Assembly (NCBI GenBank): GCA_965216325.1
Contig: OZ244160.1
Location: forward strand, 2,400,001 to 2,464,000
DNA from: Coraliomargarita sp.
GTDB lineage: Bacteria > Verrucomicrobiota > Verrucomicrobiia > Opitutales > Coraliomargaritaceae
Direction: 5' to 3'
Length of the DNA stretch: 64,000 nucleotides
The position numbers were made by a program, and so were the translations under genes. The notes below the pieces were generated by a model. It did no database searches and was not told the DNA's origin. It saw only the letters and a list, made by a program, of their open reading frames with translations. This document shows, one piece after another, positions 30,778 to 40,662 of the stretch (position 1 is the first letter of the stretch; the number at the start of each line of letters is the position of its first letter).

Positions 30778-30831
30778 GACTATAAAAAGTAGTCATTATG
30801 ACTATTTATACAAGTCATGAAAGAGTGGAAG
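30763..30831. promoter_or_regulatory. TA operator: two ATGACT-N9-AGTCAT palindromes inside a perfect 19-bp inverted repeat
   Basis: Palindromes at 30776-30796 and 30798-30818; inverted-repeat arms at 30763-30781 and 30813-30831. Confidence 0.7.
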
Positions 30832-30895
30832 TTGAGAATTCGTTTAAAAGATTGCATCTGCTTAAGTTATGGTGTGTCGTGATGGTATGGCGATG

Positions 30896-31153
30896 ATGAC
30901 ACACCGGACAACCTTTGCCTTGGACGAGGAGACCGCTCAGCGCCTGAAGCGACTCTCTGCGAAGTGGAACGTTTCGCAAGCGGAGGTAGTCCGGCGCTCA
31001 CTCAAGCAAGCCGAGACCGAGAGGGAGCCCGACAAGGATCCAGTTGAGATGCTCCGCCAGCTACACGAGCAGGGTGGTGGGCTGGTCGCTGAGGAGGCGG
31101 CGAGCTACCTGAGTGAGATGCGTGAGGATCGCAAACAATGGCGTCGGCAATGA
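30896..31153 (+). CDS. CopG/ribbon-helix-helix antitoxin
   Basis: RTTFALDEET..RLKRLS...SQAEVVRRSL; ATGA overlap with the PIN gene; exact start uncertain. Confidence 0.85.
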   Translation: MTHRTTFALDEETAQRLKRLSAKWNVSQAEVVRRSLKQAETEREPDKDPVEMLRQLHEQGGGLVAEEAASYLSEMREDRKQWRRQ

Positions 31154-31521
31154 TTTGTCTGGATACGAACTATTTGATTCTGGGCTTGGTTTCGGATTCA
31201 CGTGAAGCGCAGCAGCTCATCGAGTGGCATCGGATGGGTGAGGTGTTAGTTACTGCGATGCCGGCGTGGTATGAGTTTATCTGTGGCCCCGTTTCTGAGG
31301 TTGAAATTGAAATCATGCGGGCCTTTCTTGCTGAGATCATTCCCTTCGGTGAAACTCAGGCGGGCAAGGCGGCAGAGTTGTTTGCCGTATCTGGCCGTAA
31401 GCGAAGTATCAAGGTCGACGCGATGATTGCAGCAACTGCTGTTTGCGCGGGAGCGCATCTAGCGACCAACAATCGTCAGGACTTTGTCCTGTTCGAGGCG
31501 AGTGGTTTGCGGCTTGTCTGA
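31150..31521 (+). CDS. PIN-domain toxin (VapC-like)
   Basis: MICLDTNYLI, WYEF, VDAMIAATA, LATNNRQDF. Confidence 0.9.
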   Translation: MICLDTNYLILGLVSDSREAQQLIEWHRMGEVLVTAMPAWYEFICGPVSEVEIEIMRAFLAEIIPFGETQAGKAAELFAVSGRKRSIKVDAMIAATAVCAGAHLATNNRQDFVLFEASGLRLV

Positions 31522-31571
31522 TGTGAAAGGCCCCATTGACCCAAATGATTTATCGATCCATTGTTCATGAG

Positions 31572-32060
31572 ATGAGGAAATTCTTAAAGTTGGCAGCGAC
31601 TGTATTCTTATTGCTCACGTCAACATACGCAGAGATCGTGATTAATAATTTTCTCAGTTTTGAGGGCTTTGATGAAGGCCCGAAGGATTGGAACGTGTTG
31701 TATGTTTCGAGGCAGCGGCCGTTGTTTGCTACTGCTTCAAGTATCTACTTCCAACTGTATCTCGATCAGAAGGAAATTTTCGGTTATCATCGGGATGGAG
31801 AGAGTGAGTTAAGTTTTATCCAACCGAATGATCACTATCTTGTATCAACCTCATCGAAAGGTGGCGAGTTGGATACGATTGAAGTTAGGGGGAAAGAGGA
31901 AGGGCAGCTTGTTTATCGAGTTAAAGTCGAGGGGCGGAAAGTATCAGTTGTGTTCGCTCCTGAGGGCTATGTAGATCCGCTCAAAATGATGGATGTCAGC
32001 TGGGGACCATGGTCGGCTAGCGAGAATTTCGACTTGGGTAAAGCTGTATCGCAAGACTGA
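31572..32060 (+). CDS. Exported hypothetical protein
   Basis: Signal-peptide-like MRKFLKLAATVFLLLTSTYA; no recognised motif. Confidence 0.6.
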   Translation: MRKFLKLAATVFLLLTSTYAEIVINNFLSFEGFDEGPKDWNVLYVSRQRPLFATASSIYFQLYLDQKEIFGYHRDGESELSFIQPNDHYLVSTSSKGGELDTIEVRGKEEGQLVYRVKVEGRKVSVVFAPEGYVDPLKMMDVSWGPWSASENFDLGKAVSQD

Positions 32061-32131
32061 GTTGATACGGGGGGTGGTGGATCGGGCGGCGCATGCGTGC
32101 TGCTGGACGGGAGTCCGGCGATCCCGGGCAC

Positions 32132-32164
32132 AAAAAAAGCGCCCCTCGACTAGCTCGGGGCGCT
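32132..32164 (-). terminator. Intrinsic terminator of pnp
   Basis: AGCGCCCC-N11-GGGGCGCT plus T-tract on the minus strand. Confidence 0.8.
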
Positions 32165-32191
32165 TGAAGAATTTGCTTTGGCTGCAACCGA

Positions 32192-34363
<2,172 letters not shown>

Positions 34364-34474
34364 ACGTTTTTATGGTTTCTTTGTCATTCAACGGCAGTTC
34401 AGGGATCGGACCTTACTTATGCCGCCCGCAGCTCAAATCGGTTGAGCTGCTCCGGAAAGTGGTGGGGGGGGATT

Positions 34475-34573
34475 TCTTAATCTTACTCTTAATCCTAATC
34501 GTAATCTCTGCGCTGAGACGGAGTGGCTAGGGCTCTGTGGATTAAGATTAAGAGTAGGATTATGATTAAGATT
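34475..34573. repeat. Inverted pair of degenerate hexamer tandem arrays (TAATCT / AGATTA)
   Basis: TCTTAATCTTACTCTTAATCCTAATCGTAATCTC ... GATTAAGATTAAGAGTAGGATTATGATTAAGATT. Confidence 0.8.
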
Positions 34574-34581
34574 TTTAAAAC

Positions 34582-34617
34582 AAAATGCCGGACCCCGTAT
34601 TAAACAAGGTCCGGCAT
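34582..34617 (-). terminator. Probable intrinsic terminator of rpsO
   Basis: ATGCCGGACC...GGTCCGGCAT followed by TTT on the minus strand. Confidence 0.6.
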
Positions 34618-34632
34618 GTTTGGTTTCGAAAT

Positions 34633-34920
<288 letters not shown>

Positions 34921-34940
34921 TGTATTGATTTATGTGATCA

Positions 34941-35054
<114 letters not shown>

Positions 35055-35137
35055 TAGCGCTTGAAGGGCGTGAACATGGCGTTTCGAGCACTTGGATCAA
35101 GCAAAAAGTGACGTTCTGTGAGGCTGGGATTTTGGGG

Positions 35138-35199
35138 GTAGCACAGGCATCTTGCCTGTGTGAATTGTCTGGTGGACTCAGGCGGGACGCCTGAGCTAC
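35138..35199. repeat. GTAG-type REPIN, family B
   Basis: GTAG-CACAGGCA-TCT-TGCCTGTG ... CTCAGGCG-GGA-CGCCTGAG-CTAC. Confidence 0.8.
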
Positions 35200-35296
35200 G
35201 AAAGTTTGGCCTGAAACCGCCTACGGTTGGACAGGCTCACGTCAAGAAAGACGGGACCCGCCGTCGCGCTTGGCTATGGCGGACAGGCCCCAAGCT

Positions 35297-38200
35297 CTAC
35301 AGCTCTACCAGTGTGGGGACATCGGTGAAGAGCAGCTTCAGTTCGATCTGTGCCTCTGGCAGATCGAGGATACATGCCAAGGCTTTGCGGTAGAGTTCGA
35401 GTTGGGATCGGTGGCGCTCGGTGGCGACTTCCAGTGTCGTGTTGCCTGCAATGCGGTCGGTTTTGAAGTCGATGATCTCTGCACGTTCGATGTGGCCGTC
35501 TGCTGCTGAGTGAAGCTGTACGCGGTCGAAGGTGCCGTTAATGAACTGGTCGCCGTCAACGACGCTGAAGTTTCGTTCACGCCAGACGACGGATGGTGCT
35601 GCTGGCTTAGTGAAGAGGTCCTCAATACTCTTAGAAAGGAAACACTTTGTTAGTGTGTTCTTGATTTCTGGTGCTGCGGGTGGCAACGACTTTTCGACAG
35701 GCTCACGTCGGGACGGAGCGTTGCCCTCCATTGTTAGCCATTCGATCTGCTCGAAGGCGGCGTGCACCGCGGAGCCGTATTCACTGGCCTGTTCATCTAG
35801 GTCGAAGAGCTTGCCTGCGTTGAGTTGACTGGATTTCTGGCCCGATGGGCGGGCAAGCGTCAGGCGCGGATGCGCGGGGGGGAAGTTGCTTGGTGCTTGT
35901 TGTTTGTCGTATGTTACAAGCGGTTGTTCAGGTTTCGAGAAGCTTTCGTAGAACTTCGAGTCGCCGGTGGACCAAAGCACTGGGTAGGTCTGCTGCTCGA
36001 AGAGGACCTGATCGTCTGCATCTTTGCCGAGGCGCTCCTTCAGGTAGTGAACGGTGCTGCCTTGGCTGGCGCGGCTGAGGTCGCTGATCATGTAGAGCCC
36101 GCGCTTGGCTCGGGTCATGGCAACGTAGAGAGTGCAGAGGTTGCCGAAGCCGTGCTGGCTTTCGCTCTGTGCGTGTAGCTTGCTCAGCTCGGGGTCGGCG
36201 AGCATCAGCTCCTTCTTGATGGGTTCAAGGATCCATTCGGCTTTGCCGGCAGCGTCGAGCAGTGCGTTGATCTGGCGGTCGCTGCGGACGGTTTTGTCTT
36301 CGTTGACCAAAATTACGACGTCATACTCCAAGCCTTTGGATTTGTGGATGGTTTCGATGATGACGGCATCACCGGGGGTGCATTCGCCGCTGGTGCTCTT
36401 TTTGAGAAAGTCGATGAGTGCGTCGCTGTCGCGGTTTTCCTCGCTGTCGAAGCTACGGGCTTTTTCGATGAGCCGTTCGAGGCGCTGGCGGTGGCGTTGA
36501 TCTTGACCGGGTAGGTGGCTGATTATTTGCTCGGCAGCCCAACGTACGGAGTGCTCGTGGCTTTCGTTGAGCAGTTTGCCGCGCAGTTCTTGGGCGGCCT
36601 GAACGAGAGAGGCTCCGTTGGTGGAGACGTCGATTAGGCGTAGGTGGCCTTCGGCGAGTTGATCGCCCGGGTGTGCGGCAAGGCGCAGCATGGAGAGCAG
36701 GGCGGCACCGGCAGCGTTGTCGGTCGCGGGCTGGACCGCAGAGCCCGTGTGGATTGGGAGTGAGCTGTTCTCGCGGAGGAAATCGGCGACCTCGTTGGCA
36801 TCGCTATTTTTGCGCACGAGCACACCGACGCTCATGCCGCGCTCGATGGGGTTGAGCTCGGTGAGGATGTTGAGAATGTGTTCGTTGCGGGTGGGGCTGT
36901 CGTCCTTTTGGGCTTCGATCCAGCAGGCGAAACCGCTCTGCTTTTCGTTGGGCTTGGCTGCTGAATGGACTTGCCAGGCTTGTTGCCAGCGTGCCGCGGC
37001 GTCGACTGAGAAGCATTCTTCGATCAACTGTGGATCGTCGAAGACTTCGTTGACTGCATCGAGGATTGCAGGGGCGGAGCGCCAAGAAACCGAGAGCGGG
37101 TGGCGCTCGATGTTGGAGTAGTGAGCTTGAATCTCGTGGAAGAGGCGGTCGTCACTATTGCGCCAGAGATAGAGGCACTGCTTGGTATCGCCGACGTAGA
37201 AAAGGGAGCGCTCGCCCGATGAATCTTGCAGAATTTCGTCGATCAGGTTCTGCACGACTTCCCATTGGGGGCGGCTGGTGTCTTGGAATTCGTCGAACAG
37301 CCAGTGGTCGTATTGACCATCCAAGCGGAAGTCCATCAACTCGCGCAACTCTGAGTCTGAATGTGTGCGCATCGGCGAGCCAGCGGAGTCGGGGGCCAGC
37401 AGGTGTGTGAGGTCGGCAAAAGCGAGGCGCCCGGGACGGCGCACGATGCGATCGTAGTTGTTGTGGTAGGCCTCGAGAATGCGGTGAACGCCTTGGGTGT
37501 TTTGCAAGGCGCGGTGCAGGTGGTGCCAGATGATCGCTCTTAGGCAGTCGGCCAGTGCCGTGCAGGCGGGCCCGCTGAGTTGAGCTTGGTTGTTTTTTCC
37601 ACGCCCACATTGAAGCACAGTGCTGCCGGCGAGAATTTCGTCGGCTTGGCTCAAGGCGCGGTTGAGCAAGGTGTTGGGCTTCTCCTCGCTGCCATACAGG
37701 CGCACTTTGTCGGCGGTGGTATTGAAGTCGGTCAGTTGGGATTTACTCAGGTCCGCGGGGAGAGCTGCGAGCAAATTGTCGGCGAGCAGATCCCAGTCTG
37801 GTGCGCCCGCGGTTTTCCAAGGACAGCCCGTGGGCCAAATTTGATCGGGTTGTCCCCAGCGCACTTTGTTGGGAGCTGCAAGGTAGAGTGCGTAGAGACT
37901 GTCGATGAATTTGGCGACGATTTGCTCGACGCTGCGTTGCTCCTGTCCGTAAGTGGCTTGCTTGAAGGCATGCCAGAACTCGCTGAGCTCGGCGTTGAGT
38001 TCGCCGGGGTGGTGCACGATGCGGTCGCGCACTTCGTTGCGCACGCGAGGCTCGCTGCTTTCATCGAGCAGGTTGAGGTTGCCGGACAGGCCTAGCTCGA
38101 GCGCAAAGGAAGAGACGACGCGAAAGAAGAAGCTGTCCAGCGTCTGCAGGTTGAGCTGGTGCATACGTCCAATGAGCAGGGCGAGCAGGTCGCGGTAGCG

Positions 38201-38449
38201 GGCAGAGTCAGCCTCAATCGATAGCGTAGTCGATAGGTCGGCGGCCGTGTCGGCATCGCTGGCGGCGGCACAGAGCTTCTCGATGATCTTGTGGAAGAAC
38301 TCGCCCGCAGCAGTGCGCGTGAAGGTCAGGGCAATGATACGCTCAGGTTGCTCGGTCAGGTGGAGCAGGTAGATGAAGCGATTGGTGAGCTGATAGGTCT
38401 TCCCCGAGCCAGCGGAGGCGGAAATCGCGATGTGTTGGAGAGCGTTCAA
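35297..38449 (-). CDS. UvrD/AddA(RecB)-type ATP-dependent helicase-nuclease
   Basis: ASAGSGKT, LTFTRTAAGE, DEFQDTS, VGDTKQCLY, TIHKSKGLEY, LYVAMTRAK; C-terminal PD-(D/E)xK nuclease GTFDRV...IIDFKTD...QLELY. Confidence 0.92.
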   Translation of the reverse strand: MNALQHIAISASAGSGKTYQLTNRFIYLLHLTEQPERIIALTFTRTAAGEFFHKIIEKLCAAASDADTAADLSTTLSIEADSARYRDLLALLIGRMHQLNLQTLDSFFFRVVSSFALELGLSGNLNLLDESSEPRVRNEVRDRIVHHPGELNAELSEFWHAFKQATYGQEQRSVEQIVAKFIDSLYALYLAAPNKVRWGQPDQIWPTGCPWKTAGAPDWDLLADNLLAALPADLSKSQLTDFNTTADKVRLYGSEEKPNTLLNRALSQADEILAGSTVLQCGRGKNNQAQLSGPACTALADCLRAIIWHHLHRALQNTQGVHRILEAYHNNYDRIVRRPGRLAFADLTHLLAPDSAGSPMRTHSDSELRELMDFRLDGQYDHWLFDEFQDTSRPQWEVVQNLIDEILQDSSGERSLFYVGDTKQCLYLWRNSDDRLFHEIQAHYSNIERHPLSVSWRSAPAILDAVNEVFDDPQLIEECFSVDAAARWQQAWQVHSAAKPNEKQSGFACWIEAQKDDSPTRNEHILNILTELNPIERGMSVGVLVRKNSDANEVADFLRENSSLPIHTGSAVQPATDNAAGAALLSMLRLAAHPGDQLAEGHLRLIDVSTNGASLVQAAQELRGKLLNESHEHSVRWAAEQIISHLPGQDQRHRQRLERLIEKARSFDSEENRDSDALIDFLKKSTSGECTPGDAVIIETIHKSKGLEYDVVILVNEDKTVRSDRQINALLDAAGKAEWILEPIKKELMLADPELSKLHAQSESQHGFGNLCTLYVAMTRAKRGLYMISDLSRASQGSTVHYLKERLGKDADDQVLFEQQTYPVLWSTGDSKFYESFSKPEQPLVTYDKQQAPSNFPPAHPRLTLARPSGQKSSQLNAGKLFDLDEQASEYGSAVHAAFEQIEWLTMEGNAPSRREPVEKSLPPAAPEIKNTLTKCFLSKSIEDLFTKPAAPSVVWRERNFSVVDGDQFINGTFDRVQLHSAADGHIERAEIIDFKTDRIAGNTTLEVATERHRSQLELYRKALACILDLPEAQIELKLLFTDVPTLVEL
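35681..35731 (-). repeat. Family-C REP inserted in frame in the helicase gene, with nested 24-nt insert
   Basis: Matches 53358-53384 exactly apart from the 24-nt insertion; encodes MEGNAPSRREPVEKSLP. Confidence 0.8.
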
Positions 38450-38523
38450 TACAGTATGTTCTTATCGAAGCATTACGTGACAAATGTGTTCTTTATTCAA
38501 GGCACGGTTTGTTGTGCGGACAC

Positions 38524-38556
38524 AAAAAATGCACCCGCCGTATGGCCGGGTGCATT
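38524..38556 (-). terminator. Intrinsic terminator of trxA
   Basis: AATGCACCCG...CGGGTGCATT plus T-tract on the minus strand. Confidence 0.75.
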
Positions 38557-38578
38557 GAAAAGTTAAGCGGCTGGCTGC

Positions 38579-38896
38579 TTACGCGAGTTTCGCCTTGAGG
38601 TCGTCCTTAGATGCAAGACCAACGATGGTGTCCGCAACGGCGCCATCCTTGAAGACGAGGATGGTCGGGATTGCACGGATTTCGAACTTACCAGCGATTT
38701 CGCTGTTGTTGTCGACGTTGACCTTGCAGATCTTTACGCTGTCACCCATCTCAGAGGCAAGCTCTTCGAGGATCGGAGCGATCGCTTTACATGGGCCACA
38801 CCATGGTGCCCAGAAGTCGACAACGACGGGAACTGTAGTGTCGCTGATGACGGATTCAAAGTTGCTGCTATCGAGATCGGTGATGAGATCAGACAT
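38579..38896 (-). CDS. trxA: Thioredoxin
   Basis: DFWAPWCGPCK, IRAIPT. Confidence 0.97.
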   Translation of the reverse strand: MSDLITDLDSSNFESVISDTTVPVVVDFWAPWCGPCKAIAPILEELASEMGDSVKICKVNVDNNSEIAGKFEIRAIPTILVFKDGAVADTIVGLASKDDLKAKLA

Positions 38897-38919
38897 TTTA
38901 TGGATGGTTTGGATGGTTG

Positions 38920-39570
38920 TTATAGAAAATCTTTGATATCTAAGTAGATGAGTGCCGCGAAGGCGATGGCTGCTGCGGCAGCTAAGGCATCGACGACGAG
39001 GCCTGGAATGCCCACTTTCTTCTCGCTTGGGGCCGGAGCTGGAACTGGAGCGGGTGCTGGAGTTGGCTTGGCTGCGGTTGCGGCTGGACGAACTGCGGCC
39101 GGAGTCACCGGTTGGGTTGCGGCTGGAAACGCTGGTGTCGTCGCAGGTTTGGCTGTCGGGGCAGCCGGAGATGCTGGTTTTGTAACTGGCCTTACAGGTG
39201 CTGCAGGCTGCGCAACTGGCTTGGATGGCGCGGCTGGACTTGCTGGAGCCGCTGGTTTAGCGACTGGTGTGGCTGGAGTTGCCGGTGTCTGTGGCGCTGC
39301 GGGCTTAGCGGGTGAGGCAGGAGCCGCAGGGGTTGTAGGACGCGCTGTAGGAGTCGCAGGGCGAGCCGTTGCGGGCTTCACAGGCATCGTGCGTGGACGT
39401 GCAACTGGAGTTGGCTCGTCCGGCTTAATACGTGCGTGCTTCTCCTTCTTTAAAATCTTTTCAGCTTCGGCTTTGGCTTCGGCAGCTTCTTCTGGAGTTG
39501 GAATGTTTGCTTGTTCTGGAGAGACTTCGTCACTGCCTTCCAGAAAGGGGTTCTTGGGGTCTTCGCTCAT
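38920..39570 (-). CDS. Pro/Ala-rich protein with C-terminal membrane anchor
   Basis: Low-complexity PA/PT/KP repeats and a hydrophobic tail; co-oriented with its neighbours. Confidence 0.7.
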   Translation of the reverse strand: MSEDPKNPFLEGSDEVSPEQANIPTPEEAAEAKAEAEKILKKEKHARIKPDEPTPVARPRTMPVKPATARPATPTARPTTPAAPASPAKPAAPQTPATPATPVAKPAAPASPAAPSKPVAQPAAPVRPVTKPASPAAPTAKPATTPAFPAATQPVTPAAVRPAATAAKPTPAPAPVPAPAPSEKKVGIPGLVVDALAAAAAIAFAALIYLDIKDFL

Positions 39571-39627
39571 GAGGTGTGTAAACTAGAATGGTGTGTGTGC
39601 CTGTCAAGTGCCTGTCGGGCGGTTTGC

Positions 39628-39870
39628 CTAGGATGGGGTGCTTTCACTGATGATGTCAGTGAGTTCTTTCTTTTCGACGTTATCGAGGGTCTTGCCGCGC
39701 CGGTCGAGGGTTTCAAATGTTTTGACTAAGGTTTCGGTCATGCGGCCGTGTGTCTCGTCTGAGCCGCCAACAATCGCAAAGCGTTCGGCGCGGGTGACCC
39801 GCTTATGGCCGTCCTTATTGTCGAGGCCAATGCCGAATAGGTGGGCTTGCTTGTTGCTGGGATTGCTCAT
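39628..39870 (-). CDS. Small hypothetical protein
   Basis: 80 aa, GIGLDNKDGHKRVTR...GGSDETH; co-oriented after scpA. Confidence 0.75.
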   Translation of the reverse strand: MSNPSNKQAHLFGIGLDNKDGHKRVTRAERFAIVGGSDETHGRMTETLVKTFETLDRRGKTLDNVEKKELTDIISESTPS

Positions 39871-39903
39871 GGAAATTGTTCGTTAGATGCAAAGACCTTG
39901 GAT

Positions 39904-40653
39904 TTATTCCTCAGTTCCTTTGCAGCGAATGTCGGCAAACGCCTGATCCTGTTGAATCCTGATTTTGCCCAGACGGGTCAATTCCAAAACAGCGAGGAAG
40001 GTGGCCACGATGGTTGTCAGTGTCGTCGTGGACTCGAAGAGTTCTGAGAATAAGAAGCTCTTACGGTCTTTCACTTGCAGAAGAACGTGCTCCATGCGGT
40101 CGGCGACCGTAACCTGCTCGGCACTGATCTCGCCTTCGGTGATACGCTCGGCGAGGCGACGCAGCACTTGGTTGAAGGTGTTCCAAAGGTCGATTCGGTC
40201 GACAGGCTTGAGTGGGCGCTCGACTGCTTCCAGTGCTTCCTTGGGGCCGATTCGCGGAATGAGGTCGTTGGTGCTGAGGATCAGTTTCTCGATTTCGGAG
40301 GAAGCCTCTTTAAACTTCTTATACTCGAGCAGCTGTTGCACGAGCTCCCAGCGTGGGTCGATATCTTCTTCTTCAACGTCTTCGTTGGTGCCCTGATCCT
40401 TCTTGGGGAGCAGCATGCGGCTCTTGATATACATGAGCGTGGCGGCCATGACGAAGAACTCGCCGGCAATCTCGAGGTCGAGCTTCTCCATCGAACTGAG
40501 CGTTTCGATGTATTGCTTGGTGACCTTCTCGATGGGGATGTTGTAGATATCGACTTCGTTACGGCGAATCAAGTAGAGCAATAGGTCGAGCGGGCCCTCA
40601 AAGGCCGGAAGCCGGATGGCAAAGTCGTTGCTCGGAACCAGTGCTTCTTCCAT
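39904..40653 (-). CDS. scpA: Segregation and condensation protein A
   Basis: FEGPLDLLLYLI, EFFVMAATLMYIKSRMLLP, TFLAVLEL. Confidence 0.95.
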   Translation of the reverse strand: MEEALVPSNDFAIRLPAFEGPLDLLLYLIRRNEVDIYNIPIEKVTKQYIETLSSMEKLDLEIAGEFFVMAATLMYIKSRMLLPKKDQGTNEDVEEEDIDPRWELVQQLLEYKKFKEASSEIEKLILSTNDLIPRIGPKEALEAVERPLKPVDRIDLWNTFNQVLRRLAERITEGEISAEQVTVADRMEHVLLQVKDRKSFLFSELFESTTTLTTIVATFLAVLELTRLGKIRIQQDQAFADIRCKGTEE

Positions 40654-40662
40654 CGTGAACGC

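Noticed and set aside
38948..39586. Ala/Gly-rich plus-strand ORF
   Set aside because: Antisense of the low-complexity Pro/Ala gene, which fits the operon direction.
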